The notes: a model not told the origin generated them from the sequence alone. Counted from the stretch's first letter, positions 40,034-50,122 are shown. The stretch: 64,000 bases of DNA from an uncultured Chloroflexota bacterium (GCA_913045315.1 CAJWQJ010000007.1:8549-72548), one strand, 5' to 3'. Numbers and translations are program-made.

Positions 40034-41395
40034 ATGAGCCCTAAAGCTACTTTGTATTTCTGTAAGAATTGTGGTTCCGAAAATTCTAGGTGGATGGGAT
40101 TTTGCCACGTTTGTGGAATGAATGAACCACTTGTAGAAGCACCAACTCATCCTGAAAATATTAATAGTAATGTTCATTTATCCCCTAAACCAATCTCTAG
40201 TGTTACTTCCAACGATGTCAAAAGAATTGAATTTGCCTCTCATGAAATAAATCGTGTATTTGGTGGAGGCATTGTCCCAGGTTCAATAATTCTGATGGCT
40301 GGAGAACCAGGTATAGGAAAATCTACAATTCTACTTCAATTGGCTAACGAATTAACTTTCAATACAAATTCCACCGATAATCCTATTCTCTATGTTTCAG
40401 GAGAAGAATCTATAAATCAGATTAAATTACGTTCTGATCGAATCGAAATCGATCAGAACAACATATTAGCTTTGGGAGAAACAAGCGTCGAACATGCAAT
40501 CCAAGTTATGAATTCTATTAAGCCCAAATTCGTGATCATAGATTCCATACAAACAATTTTTAGTGAATCCCTTTCATCGACTTCAGGAACAGTACAACAA
40601 CTAAGAGAATGTTGCAGATTGTTAACATTATGGGGTAAAGAAAACGACACTCCAATAATATTCTCAGGTCATGTAACTAAAGAAGGTGATATTGCTGGCC
40701 CAAAAGTATTAGAACATATGGTTGATGTAGTTTTGCATCTAGAAGGGGATACTCTTGGAATTTATAGACTTCTTAGAAGCTCAAAGAATAGATTCGGTTC
40801 AAGTGACGAAATTGCACTTTTTGAAATGCGTGCAAATGGATTAATTAATATTAATGACCCATCAAGTGCAATTCTTTCTTCACGCTCAGGTCCAAGTGCT
40901 GGATCTATAATAGCTCCAATTATTCAAGGTAGCAGACCAATGCTTGTTGAAGTTCAAGCATTGAGTTCTAATACAAATAGTCCAAATCCCAGACGATTAG
41001 CAAGTGGAATTGATCAAAGTAGACTTTTAATGATTTCTGCTGTTTTATCTAAAAGAACAAAGATTCCAATTCTTAATCAAGATATTATAGTGAATATCCC
41101 AGGGGGATTCAGGACAAGTGAACCCACAATTGATTTACCAGTAGCATTGGCAATAACGTCCTCTTTTACTGGAATAACTCCAGCAACCGACATATCAGCC
41201 ATTGGGGAAATCGGATTAAATGGCGAACTAAGACCAGTTCAGCAAATACAACGAAGATTACAGGAAGTTATCAGACTTGGAATCCCTAAAATTCTTGTTC
41301 CTACTAGAGGAGAAAAACTTCAAAGTGATGAAATCGATATAATTACTGTGAATACCTTATCTGAAGCAATAAATGCTATTGAAATTATGCCTTAA
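40034..41395 (+). CDS. radA: DNA repair protein RadA/Sms
   Basis: N-terminal zinc ribbon CKNCGSE...CHVCG, Walker A GEPGIGKST, KNRFG motif and a Lon-like C-terminal domain. Confidence 0.93.
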   Translation: MSPKATLYFCKNCGSENSRWMGFCHVCGMNEPLVEAPTHPENINSNVHLSPKPISSVTSNDVKRIEFASHEINRVFGGGIVPGSIILMAGEPGIGKSTILLQLANELTFNTNSTDNPILYVSGEESINQIKLRSDRIEIDQNNILALGETSVEHAIQVMNSIKPKFVIIDSIQTIFSESLSSTSGTVQQLRECCRLLTLWGKENDTPIIFSGHVTKEGDIAGPKVLEHMVDVVLHLEGDTLGIYRLLRSSKNRFGSSDEIALFEMRANGLININDPSSAILSSRSGPSAGSIIAPIIQGSRPMLVEVQALSSNTNSPNPRRLASGIDQSRLLMISAVLSKRTKIPILNQDIIVNIPGGFRTSEPTIDLPVALAITSSFTGITPATDISAIGEIGLNGELRPVQQIQRRLQEVIRLGIPKILVPTRGEKLQSDEIDIITVNTLSEAINAIEIMP

Positions 41396-42236
41396 TCGCA
41401 AAAAGAGGAGATGGATCAACAGAATGAATAAACTTTTAAAGAATAAAGAAACTGAACTCAAATCGATACTAAAGGATATGGAATCAGTGATAATCGCTTA
41501 CTCTGGAGGAGTAGACAGCGCACTGTTAGCATTTATGGCAAATAAATCACTTGGCAATAAAGCATTAGCAATCACAGCTTTATCACCTTCATTAGCATCT
41601 TACGAATGTGATGAAGCAGTCAATTTTGCTAAAGAATATTCAATACAACACATGATTATTCATACAAATGAAATGGATAATCCGTCATATGTAGAAAATT
41701 CTCTAAATCGCTGTTACTTCTGTAAAGATGAACTATACAAAAAGCTACACGTTGTAGCGAAAATGAAAAATTACAAATGGGTAGCTTCGGGAACAAATGT
41801 TGACGACTTAGGAGACTTTAGACCTGGAATTCAAGCTGGAAAAGAACACTTGATTCGCAATCCCCTGGTAGAAGCAAAGTTCACAAAAAAAGATATCCGT
41901 GAACTTTCAAAAATCTATCATCTTCCTACTTCAGAAAAGCCTGCCCAACCATGCCTTGCGTCGAGAATTCCATACGGAAATAGTGTAACTATAGATTCCC
42001 TGAAAAAAATCTCTAGATCTGAAAAGTATTTAAAAGAATTAGGCTTTCGTCAATTACGAGTCCGTCATTTAGATGATATTGCAAGAATAGAAATTAGTGA
42101 TCAAGATATCTCATTAATTGTCAGGGAAGATATAAGAAACAAAATAATCGATAAATTCAAAGAAATTGGCTATCAATATATCACATTAAACTTAGAAGGC
42201 TTCCGTTCTGGTTCGTTAAACGTAAAAACAAGTTAA
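41373..42236 (+). CDS. larE: PP-loop ATP-dependent sulfur transferase LarE (TIGR00268-type)
   Basis: PP-loop AYSGGVDSALLA and the conserved AQPCLASRIPYG cysteine block. The likely true start is ATG 41424 (MNKLLKNKE...). The track ORF overlaps the radA end. Confidence 0.7.
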   Translation: MLLKLCLNRKKRRWINRMNKLLKNKETELKSILKDMESVIIAYSGGVDSALLAFMANKSLGNKALAITALSPSLASYECDEAVNFAKEYSIQHMIIHTNEMDNPSYVENSLNRCYFCKDELYKKLHVVAKMKNYKWVASGTNVDDLGDFRPGIQAGKEHLIRNPLVEAKFTKKDIRELSKIYHLPTSEKPAQPCLASRIPYGNSVTIDSLKKISRSEKYLKELGFRQLRVRHLDDIARIEISDQDISLIVREDIRNKIIDKFKEIGYQYITLNLEGFRSGSLNVKTS

Positions 42237-42263
42237 AATTTAAATTTATAATAAGAAGGTAAA

Positions 42264-43445
42264 ATGCAAGTAGGTTACTTTTCTCTTATTGGCGGAGTAA
42301 GTGGGGATATGCTCCTTGGTGCATTAATTGACTTGGGGGTTGAAACAAGCTTAATTAATTCTGCAATAAAAAAACTTGATCTGGATTGTTCAATAAACTC
42401 AGAAATTGTACAAAAAGGAGGAGTTAAAGCTACAAAAGCAATTGTAAACCTAGGAAATCATGAAAATACTAAATTCACTTGGAATGACTTTAAATCTATT
42501 ATTAATTCAAGTTCCTTAAACAAAGGTATCCAAAAAAAGTGCATTGAGATCATCTCATTAATAAGTAAAGCCGAAAAAATGGCTCATAAAACCTTTGAAG
42601 AGGATACTCATTTGGAAGAGTTAGGATCAATTGACACTCTTATAGATATTGTTTGTACTATTGTTGGCATTCAAAGTTTAAACCTTGAAAAAATCTATTC
42701 GTCTCCATTACCTTTTCCCAGTGGATCAATAAAAACTCAACATGGGCAAATACCTGCATCATCTCCAGCAACAACAAATATAGCCCTTATACAAAATGCT
42801 ACTTTTAAAATGTCAACTAATACACATAATATTGAATTAGTTACACCTACTGGAGCAGCACTTATAACATCAATAGCTGAATTCAGTGAACCAACCTTTC
42901 AAATTAACAAATTTGGCTACGGGGCCGGCTCAAGAGAATTGGAAAACATACCCAACATTGTCCAACTACTTATAGGTCAACAAACACCAAGTAGCAATAA
43001 AATCTTACATCTTGAAACAAATATTGATGATACTAATCCACAAATAATTGGGTATATCCAGGAGAAACTTTTTCAACATGGTGCATTAGATGTTTGGGTA
43101 GTACCGATACAAATGAAAAAAGGACGTCCAGGAATAATTTTAAACGCTTTAATTAAATCCGAAGAAGAACAAAAAATATCAGAATTGATTTTACGAGAAA
43201 CATCAACCTTAGGTATTCGAAAACGATTTATAGACCGACTAGAAGCAAAAAGAGAAATACGAAATTTTCATACTCGTTTTGGAATTGTATCTGCAAAAAT
43301 TAAATGGATTGAAAATGAGATAATCTCAATTTCACCTGAATATGAAGAATGCAAAGAAATAGCAGAAAATAATAATATCCCTTTAATAAAAGTGCAGAAA
43401 TTAATTGAAGAAGATGCTTGGAATATAACTAACTCGTCCAAATAG
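42264..43445 (+). CDS. larC: LarC (DUF111) nickel-insertion protein
   Basis: N-terminus MQVGYFSLIGGVSGDMLLGALIDLG, typical of LarC. 393 aa. Follows larE. Confidence 0.8.
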   Translation: MQVGYFSLIGGVSGDMLLGALIDLGVETSLINSAIKKLDLDCSINSEIVQKGGVKATKAIVNLGNHENTKFTWNDFKSIINSSSLNKGIQKKCIEIISLISKAEKMAHKTFEEDTHLEELGSIDTLIDIVCTIVGIQSLNLEKIYSSPLPFPSGSIKTQHGQIPASSPATTNIALIQNATFKMSTNTHNIELVTPTGAALITSIAEFSEPTFQINKFGYGAGSRELENIPNIVQLLIGQQTPSSNKILHLETNIDDTNPQIIGYIQEKLFQHGALDVWVVPIQMKKGRPGIILNALIKSEEEQKISELILRETSTLGIRKRFIDRLEAKREIRNFHTRFGIVSAKIKWIENEIISISPEYEECKEIAENNNIPLIKVQKLIEEDAWNITNSSK

Positions 43446-43456
43446 ATTTCATTATC

Positions 43457-44737
43457 CTACCTTTTTATTGAGCTATGTATTGGTGCTTTAGCAAAAAGAA
43501 TGAAGACTGCACCCAAAAAACATCCTACTGCAAAAACAAAAAAAGCAATATCATAATTACCCGTTGAATCGTAAATCCAAGTTGCAAAAACAGGAGCAAA
43601 CCCCATTCCTACAAGATTCAATGGTGCAAAAGTTCCTCGAATTGCCCCTTGAAATTTTCTCCCATAGTAATTAGACCACATAACATTTTGCAATACCGGT
43701 GGACCACCAGCACCAATCCCATAAATAATTACATAGAGAAAAATTAAAACTATATTATCTGCAATTACTAATATAAAAAGGCCTAAACTAGCAATTAAAA
43801 AACACAAACCAGATAAATATCTGATTTCAAATCGATCAGCAAGAATGCCCCAAGGAATTTTTGCTGTCATAGCAACAAAACCAAAACTAGTAGCTGCAAC
43901 AGTTGCCATTCCAATCCCTAAATTTTTATCGGTCAAATATGGAACTTGATTAAGAAGCGTGGCACCAATAGACATTGTCATCAGATTGAATGAAAGAATT
44001 AATAACCACAGTGATGGGGTTTTAGAAGCCTCCTTTACGGTCCAGCTTATTTCTAAATCAGCAGCAGATGGTATATCACGATTATCATCAACTTTAGTTT
44101 CACCATCAGGAAGAAGATTCATATCTTCAGGTTGTCTTCTCATATATAAAAATGACAATGGAACAATGCTTATTAAAGTAATAAATCCTAATATTACCCA
44201 GGCGTTCTCCCAGCCATATTTTTCAATAAGAAAAGTATTTAAAGGAATGAAAAATACACCTCCACCTGAAACTCCCATCGCGTATATGGCAGTAGCTCTA
44301 CCGCGATACTTTACAAACCATTTAGAAACTATTGGTCCAGCAATTATTTGTCCCCCTAAAAGTGCCTGGCCAAATCCCCATACAATTCCAAATGCTAAGT
44401 AAAAATGCCATGCATCCTTAACTCCCCAAACAGCAAAACATCCAATTCCCGCTGCAATTCCTCCCATGGTGTATAGAATACGGGGTCCGTTTTTTCTTTC
44501 AACAAAAGGACCTAAAAGTGGTCCCGTGAACGCCATGACAACCGCTCTAACCGGTGAAAACCAAGCTAAGGAAGTACGTGACCACCCAAGACTAGTGGTC
44601 ATTGGTTTTAAAAATACGCCAAGACCATAGCCACCAATACCTGCAGAACAAAACGTTCCAAGGAAAGTAACAAGAACAATTAACCATCCATGAAAAAACA
44701 ATGATCGTGGACGAGTACGCGAAGAATAATCTGACAT
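43457..44737 (-). CDS. MFS transporter (oxalate/formate antiporter-like family)
   Basis: 426 aa with about 12 predicted TM segments. Substrate unknown. Confidence 0.75.
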   Translation of the reverse strand: MSDYSSRTRPRSLFFHGWLIVLVTFLGTFCSAGIGGYGLGVFLKPMTTSLGWSRTSLAWFSPVRAVVMAFTGPLLGPFVERKNGPRILYTMGGIAAGIGCFAVWGVKDAWHFYLAFGIVWGFGQALLGGQIIAGPIVSKWFVKYRGRATAIYAMGVSGGGVFFIPLNTFLIEKYGWENAWVILGFITLISIVPLSFLYMRRQPEDMNLLPDGETKVDDNRDIPSAADLEISWTVKEASKTPSLWLLILSFNLMTMSIGATLLNQVPYLTDKNLGIGMATVAATSFGFVAMTAKIPWGILADRFEIRYLSGLCFLIASLGLFILVIADNIVLIFLYVIIYGIGAGGPPVLQNVMWSNYYGRKFQGAIRGTFAPLNLVGMGFAPVFATWIYDSTGNYDIAFFVFAVGCFLGAVFILFAKAPIHSSIKR

Positions 44738-44779
44738 TGAATACCTTTAAAATATGGAGAACAGAAATAAAATTAAACT

Positions 44780-44829
44780 AAAAGAGAAAAATGCCCCCAT
44801 AGAAACAGTATCAATTTAGGGGCTTTTTT
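44780..44829 (-). terminator. GC-cored hairpin flanked by T/A tracts after the hydratase genes
   Basis: GCCCC (44793..44797) pairs with GGGGC (44819..44823), with additional bulged pairing. T-rich runs lie on both strands. Confidence 0.35.
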
Positions 44830-44864
44830 CTGTTTTGTTAAGCACAATTATTTAAGTTAGTTAT

Positions 44865-45377
44865 TTAACCTTTTGAAGGAAGAATAACTGTTGCTTGAGC
44901 TGGTGTAGTAACTCCATGTCGATCATTCTCAACCCAGAGATCAAGATCAACACAGTGGTCACCTTCATCACTCACATATTTGCGAGCAACTTTGCCACCC
45001 CAAGAACTAACGTCACCAAGTTGATTCATGCGTCGCATTTCCATGCGGAACTTGCGAACCCATCCTTCATCACCTGCAAAACTTGTAGCAATTCTGCCGA
45101 AGTTTGCCTGGTACCAACCTGTATTGATGAACATTTCCTCATGACCTGCTTCACGAGCGTACTGTGGATCATGGTGGACAGGATTGAAGTCCTGAGAACC
45201 GCTTACCTGCATGCAGATGCGTGTCCAGTTAAGCTTGTGACTGAACCCTGGAATAGTGTCACCCTCGTTTACATCTTCCCAGTATCGTTGAGGTGCTAAG
45301 ATAGAAACTCCATCTCCTTGATTTTCATCACCTCGACCTGTGTAAACATCTACATTGGCGGGATTTCCAAATGGCAT
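44865..45377 (-). CDS. MaoC-like (R)-hydratase hotdog subunit (catalytic)
   Basis: The FNPVHHDPQYA block corresponds to the MaoC hydratase motif. AAGGAGG SD upstream. Confidence 0.75.
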   Translation of the reverse strand: MPFGNPANVDVYTGRGDENQGDGVSILAPQRYWEDVNEGDTIPGFSHKLNWTRICMQVSGSQDFNPVHHDPQYAREAGHEEMFINTGWYQANFGRIATSFAGDEGWVRKFRMEMRRMNQLGDVSSWGGKVARKYVSDEGDHCVDLDLWVENDRHGVTTPAQATVILPSKG

Positions 45378-45444
45378 ATCGCCCTCCTTTTGTTCTTTCC
45401 TACCTTTTTTGATAATTACCTTTATAAAATAATAGACCTAGTGA

Positions 45445-45981
45445 TTAGTCACCACGATCGGCAGCTACTTCATCAGGCTTTCTGTGTGCCAAACCTATAT
45501 TTCTATGGATTGCCACAACTTCACCAGCAGAATTCCTGTAAACATTAGCCGTTACTCTCCAAAATGCCAATGGGTCCAATCTGATTGGTTTGATATATAC
45601 ATCTTCTATCTTCTGCGAAGTAGAAAGATGATCACCGACCAATACTGGCTTTAGGAATTCCCATTCGGTAGTCAGGTTGATCGCACTCTGCCCAAGTGTT
45701 GGAACTGGTGGAAGACCTTGACCAGTTTCAGCCTTTGGTGGCCAAATACCATTGCCACCACTAAGGTGAACACCGCACATTGGAACGGGAGTACCACCAA
45801 ACCTACTCTTCTTTCCATAATCTGGATCAAGGTAAAGTGGATTCTCATCACCTGTACTATGACAATACCTTCGAATTGGATCGTACTCAACAGGATATCG
45901 AGCTTTTACTGGCTCAGTTTCAGTACCTATGAGTTTACGAGCCGTCGCAAGTATTTCTTCGGCTTGCTCTTTTGCGCCCAT
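45445..45981 (-). CDS. MaoC N-terminal/FAS1-dehydratase-like hotdog subunit (partner of 44865..45377)
   Basis: Pattern YPVEYDPIRRYCHSTGDENPLYLDP. Start placed at ATG 45979..45981, 7 nt after GGAGGA. The ORF track starts at 46002. Confidence 0.6.
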   Translation of the reverse strand: MGAKEQAEEILATARKLIGTETEPVKARYPVEYDPIRRYCHSTGDENPLYLDPDYGKKSRFGGTPVPMCGVHLSGGNGIWPPKAETGQGLPPVPTLGQSAINLTTEWEFLKPVLVGDHLSTSQKIEDVYIKPIRLDPLAFWRVTANVYRNSAGEVVAIHRNIGLAHRKPDEVAADRGD

Positions 45982-46218
45982 AAAATTTCCTCCTCTATAC
46001 ATAGCCTTGTTAATCTATAGACTTCTCGCCAACAAGTGTTTGTTCTCCCTCAGCAAGAATTATCTGATTAATCACGGTTTTTATACCTCCTTATAGAGTT
46101 AAAGTCAATAGAATTTCATACATTAAAAGTATTTTCTATGAATTATGTAAAAGCCATAAGAACATACACTTTAGAATGAAATTAGTTTATTCTCTAAATT
46201 TACCAAAGGAGGTCTTAA

Positions 46219-47058
46219 ATGGAATTTATTAAAAGTACCTTGGACGAAGGAGTTCTAATCCTTACTATGGATGATCCTCCTTCAAGAAATTCCTTAGGTC
46301 CCGATATGAATTCAGAAATAAATGAGCAAATTGATATATTTGAAAATGATCCTGGAATGCGAGTTCTAGTGCTAACTGGAACAGATCCTGCATTCTGCTC
46401 AGGGGCAAACGTCAAAGGATTTGACCAATCTAATAAAACAGTTCAAGAAGAAGATTCAATTACTCCATGGCAATTAATGGACCCCACACAAGCAACAAGG
46501 CACAAGAATTCCGATGCCCAGATTTCAAGAATTAAATTTTTACCATGGCGATTATGGCAACTTCAAAAGCCTACAATTGCTGCCTTAAATGGATATGCAT
46601 TCGGGGTTGGCGCTGGACTCTCTTTGTGCTGCGACATACGAATTGCATCAGAAAATGCTGTGTTTTCCGAATCATTTGTAAGAATGGGACTTGTTCCAGG
46701 TGACGGAAGTTCATGGCAATTACCAAGGTTAGTAGGTTTAAGCAATACTTTCCTTATGCAATATACAGGAGATCGATACGACGCTAAACAATGTTTTGAA
46801 ATGGGATTAGTTAGTAAAATTGTCGATCATGACAAATTAATGGAAACAACCCTAGAACTGGCAAAAAAAATAGCTGCCGGACCAACTTTTTCACATGGGT
46901 TAATTAAATATCTTATACATAGTGGTTTAGAGACTTCTTTTCAGCAAGGTTTAGCAGAATCCAACGCGGCATTGAGTTTGGCAAGAAAAACTAATGATCA
47001 TAAGGAAGGAGCTCGAGCATTTGTTGAAAAACGACCTCCAAAATTTGTTGGGAATTGA
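46219..47058 (+). CDS. enoyl-CoA hydratase/isomerase (crotonase) family protein
   Basis: Contains FCSGANV, the oxyanion-hole GYAFGVGAGLSLCCD, and the C-terminal EGARAFVEKRPPKF. AAGGAGG SD upstream. Confidence 0.85.
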   Translation: MEFIKSTLDEGVLILTMDDPPSRNSLGPDMNSEINEQIDIFENDPGMRVLVLTGTDPAFCSGANVKGFDQSNKTVQEEDSITPWQLMDPTQATRHKNSDAQISRIKFLPWRLWQLQKPTIAALNGYAFGVGAGLSLCCDIRIASENAVFSESFVRMGLVPGDGSSWQLPRLVGLSNTFLMQYTGDRYDAKQCFEMGLVSKIVDHDKLMETTLELAKKIAAGPTFSHGLIKYLIHSGLETSFQQGLAESNAALSLARKTNDHKEGARAFVEKRPPKFVGN

Positions 47059-47076
47059 AAAATGGCTTCAATTTGA

Positions 47077-47105
47077 TTGACCAGATTAAAAAAAGTGTGT
47101 ACATT
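47077..47105 (+). promoter_or_regulatory. putative sigma70-type promoter of the SBP gene
   Basis: TTGACC (47077..47082), a 17-nt spacer, then TACATT (47100..47105). Confidence 0.3.
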
Positions 47106-47175
47106 GGCCATGTACTTAAATAAGTTCAAAAAAAGGTATACGTCTCCCATTTGAAAAACTCGAGGAGGTTACATA

Positions 47176-49077
47176 ATGCGAAAAGCCTATAAAAGTACGT
47201 TGCTCATAGGTATGAGTTTGCTCTTAGTATTAGTTATGATAGGTGCCTGCGGCGGGTCAGATAGTGACTCCTCGACAGACACTGGATCAACAGCAAGCTC
47301 AGAACCAGCCTCAGCAACAGATACTCAGGATAGTGCAGTAGCACTAACTGAAGATCAAAAAACAGTAATGGCCCTTCCTGGCTATCGTGAGGAATGGGGA
47401 GTTCCCCAGTATGGAGGCACTTTCCTCCATGGTGCTCCGTGGCCAATCCTTAATCGTGGAGAACCCTTCAGAGCAGTCCTCTACAATAAGCATACATCGC
47501 CAACCTACGATCAGCTCATTCGTGTTGATCCATGGGGTGATGTAGGAACAATTCAAGGAAATGTTGCCAAAGACTGGTCAATTTCTGATGATGGTCTTAC
47601 GTACACATTCAATCTTGAAAAAGGCATCAAATTCCATGATGGTTCCATCTTGGACTGTGAAGATGTGAAAGAAACTTATAACAGGTATGTCTACGGGTAT
47701 GAAGGATCAGGAACTTATGGTTATGCATCCTCCATGCTACAACACACCACTGACTATTCCTGTGCAGATGCAAATACATTCGTTATAACATTTGGCGAAA
47801 TACAGGGACACACACTTGCAAGTATTGCAAGTGGTACTATGCAAATTATGAATACCGAATGCATGAAACAACTTGAAGGTGTTGAATTTGGTATCAATGG
47901 TATGACCTTGCAGTACGAGATAGATAATAATCTTTCAATGGTCTGTGGAAGTGGTCCTTATCAGACAGAATCCTTTGAGCCTGGTGTTAAGGCTACAATT
48001 AAGAAAAATCCTAACTACTGGAAGCCTGGCCTTCCATTACTTGATGGCGTTCATGATATCCAGATTACCGACTCCACAACCCGTTTTGCTTCTTTGACAG
48101 CCGGCAAGATCCATCAGGCAGGTGAAGGAAGCAGCAGTTTGCTCCCAGCACAAGTATCACAAGTGCGCGATCGATTCTCCGACCGTGTAGCGATGAGCTG
48201 GACAGGTGCACCTGGACAGCAGGGATTCAGCTACAACCAATCCAAAGCACCATTTGATGATCCAAAAGTAAGAAAGGCCATGGACTTAGTCCTAGACCGT
48301 GATGCATGGATGAAGATTCAGGGTGCAGACGAAGATTTACTCTATGGTAACGCCAGAATTGCCGGTATTCAGGCATGGGGTAACCAGTGGAGTATGAGTA
48401 ATGATGAAATCTATGCACTTGAAGGATACCGTCAGCCAAAGGCTGATGACATTGCTGAAGCACAACGATTAATGAAAGAAGCAGGATACGAAAATGGATT
48501 TGAAGCTTCCTGTATGACGCGAACATCACAGAACTATATGGATGTGTGTCTATTTGGAATGCAGCAATGGAAGGATCACCTCGGCATAGACGTTAAGGGT
48601 AGATTCCTTGAAAGTGCAGCCAACACTGCTGCAGCTCGTGCCTGCGACTATGATATCTACGTAACCTGGTCCAGTGGAACGTCGGCTTTGCAAAATCCTG
48701 ACTGGACAATCTGGAGGGCATTTAACTCTGCATCAAACCATGCTGCAGTTAACACCCGACCATGTGACCGTGGATTCCCAGGTACCGATTATCAGCAATG
48801 GATAGATGACACAAGTAATCAGATGCTAGCGACTCTAGAGCCAGCAGCAAAACTATCATTAGCAAGACAGATTGAGTTATCTCTTTTGCAAGACTCAATC
48901 CCATATTCAGGAATTGGATGGACTATGTACAACTACGGTAATGCACCGCAAGTACGTGGTAACAACTGGTACAATTTCGGAACCTATATCTACCATGTTA
49001 TGCATGAGCGCATCTGGCTCGGCGACAATGAAAGATGGTGGGGAGATGGCTACTACGCTAATGACCCTATGAACTAA
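47176..49077 (+). CDS. ABC transporter substrate-binding lipoprotein (family 5, peptide/nickel type)
   Basis: Signal peptide plus lipobox (LVMIGACGG), then a Ser/Thr/Asp linker. 633 aa. The general SBP_bac_5 pattern is recognised from memory. GAGGAGG SD upstream. Confidence 0.75.
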   Translation: MRKAYKSTLLIGMSLLLVLVMIGACGGSDSDSSTDTGSTASSEPASATDTQDSAVALTEDQKTVMALPGYREEWGVPQYGGTFLHGAPWPILNRGEPFRAVLYNKHTSPTYDQLIRVDPWGDVGTIQGNVAKDWSISDDGLTYTFNLEKGIKFHDGSILDCEDVKETYNRYVYGYEGSGTYGYASSMLQHTTDYSCADANTFVITFGEIQGHTLASIASGTMQIMNTECMKQLEGVEFGINGMTLQYEIDNNLSMVCGSGPYQTESFEPGVKATIKKNPNYWKPGLPLLDGVHDIQITDSTTRFASLTAGKIHQAGEGSSSLLPAQVSQVRDRFSDRVAMSWTGAPGQQGFSYNQSKAPFDDPKVRKAMDLVLDRDAWMKIQGADEDLLYGNARIAGIQAWGNQWSMSNDEIYALEGYRQPKADDIAEAQRLMKEAGYENGFEASCMTRTSQNYMDVCLFGMQQWKDHLGIDVKGRFLESAANTAAARACDYDIYVTWSSGTSALQNPDWTIWRAFNSASNHAAVNTRPCDRGFPGTDYQQWIDDTSNQMLATLEPAAKLSLARQIELSLLQDSIPYSGIGWTMYNYGNAPQVRGNNWYNFGTYIYHVMHERIWLGDNERWWGDGYYANDPMN

Positions 49078-49102
49078 TTAGTTCTAGTAATAAAGACTCT
49101 CT

Positions 49103-49136
49103 AAAGAAAAGGGCTGCAGTCGCAGCCCTTTTCTTT
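49103..49136. terminator. bidirectional intrinsic terminator between convergent genes
   Basis: Perfect 15-bp stem AAAGAAAAGGGCTGC / GCAGCCCTTTTCTTT with a 4-nt loop (AGTC). A/T tracts are built into both arms. Confidence 0.75.
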
Positions 49137-49159
49137 AGTTGTTTTGTATACAAAGAACG

Positions 49160-50122
49160 TTAAGGCAAGAAAGAAAAACTATCATGATTAAAAGGAAACT
49201 TGTTCAAAGCATCGTGAACATTTGAAATATCGTTTTTCATCTGCTCAACAAGTTCGTTTGAAGAGGAAAAAGAGGCCATTTCGCGAAGCATCGGTCCAAA
49301 AATTAGACGAACATTAACATCATAAATATCTGAATCAAATCCAAGTATAAAAGTTTCTACAGTAATATTTTCTCCTTTAAAAGTAGGATTATTCCCGATA
49401 CTAGTAGCTGAGGGCATATACTGACCATCAATTTCAATCCAAGTAGCATAAACACCATCATGAGGAATAATAAGCGAATTATCATATAAAAGGTTGGCAG
49501 TGGGAAATCCAAGTTTCTTACCTCTTCCTTCACCATGAACAACCTTTGCGGAAAAAGAATGAGGACGTCCTAAAAGCTTTGCAGCTAGCTCCATATTACC
49601 TTCTTTTATAGAATTACGAACGTTTGTACTTCTAACAGAATTTCCTTCTAGTTCTAGAACATCAAGAACAGATACAAAAAAACCCATCTCTTTCCCAAGA
49701 GCAGTTAATACAGGAATAGTACCTTCTCTTTTATGCCCTAAGGCGAAATCTGGACCTACTAAAAATCCTCTTAAGTTGATAGTTATCTTTAGCATTTCAA
49801 CGAATGATCGAGCTCCCACTAAAGACAAGTCTTGATCAAAAGTTAGCGGAACGAGAAAGTTAATCCCTTCATTACTTATTAGACTAAGACGGTCATCTAA
49901 GGATGTAATTAACGGAACTTGACTCTCGGGCCTCAATATCGATTGGGGATGGTCACGAAAAGTCAATACTGCAGGACTCATATTTCTTTTTGTTGATTCA
50001 TTTTTCAGAAGATTCAACAAATATTTATGACCAAGATGAACGCCATCAAACATGCCCACAGTAACCAATGTGGGTTCATCAACCTTTGCTTCCAATAATT
50101 CTTGATTTGCCCTTAACTCCAA
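49160..50122 (-). CDS. ribF: bifunctional riboflavin kinase / FMN adenylyltransferase
   Basis: Contains GMFDGVHLGH and the C-terminal kinase block PTANL...GVYA. 320 aa. Confidence 0.9.
   Translation of the reverse strand: MELRANQELLEAKVDEPTLVTVGMFDGVHLGHKYLLNLLKNESTKRNMSPAVLTFRDHPQSILRPESQVPLITSLDDRLSLISNEGINFLVPLTFDQDLSLVGARSFVEMLKITINLRGFLVGPDFALGHKREGTIPVLTALGKEMGFFVSVLDVLELEGNSVRSTNVRNSIKEGNMELAAKLLGRPHSFSAKVVHGEGRGKKLGFPTANLLYDNSLIIPHDGVYATWIEIDGQYMPSATSIGNNPTFKGENITVETFILGFDSDIYDVNVRLIFGPMLREMASFSSSNELVEQMKNDISNVHDALNKFPFNHDSFSFLP

Noticed and set aside
43457-49136. An apparent G+C-richer block (MFS, hydratases, crotonase, SBP), which suggested a horizontally acquired island.
   Set aside because: Spot counts of single 60-nt lines gave 42-48% G+C here against 28-35% in some other lines. 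But lines inside mcm (18541) and leuS (30121) also gave 48-50%, and dnaK gave 38%. The heterogeneity therefore looks gene-dependent. I cannot support an island without a proper sliding-window and codon-usage calculation.
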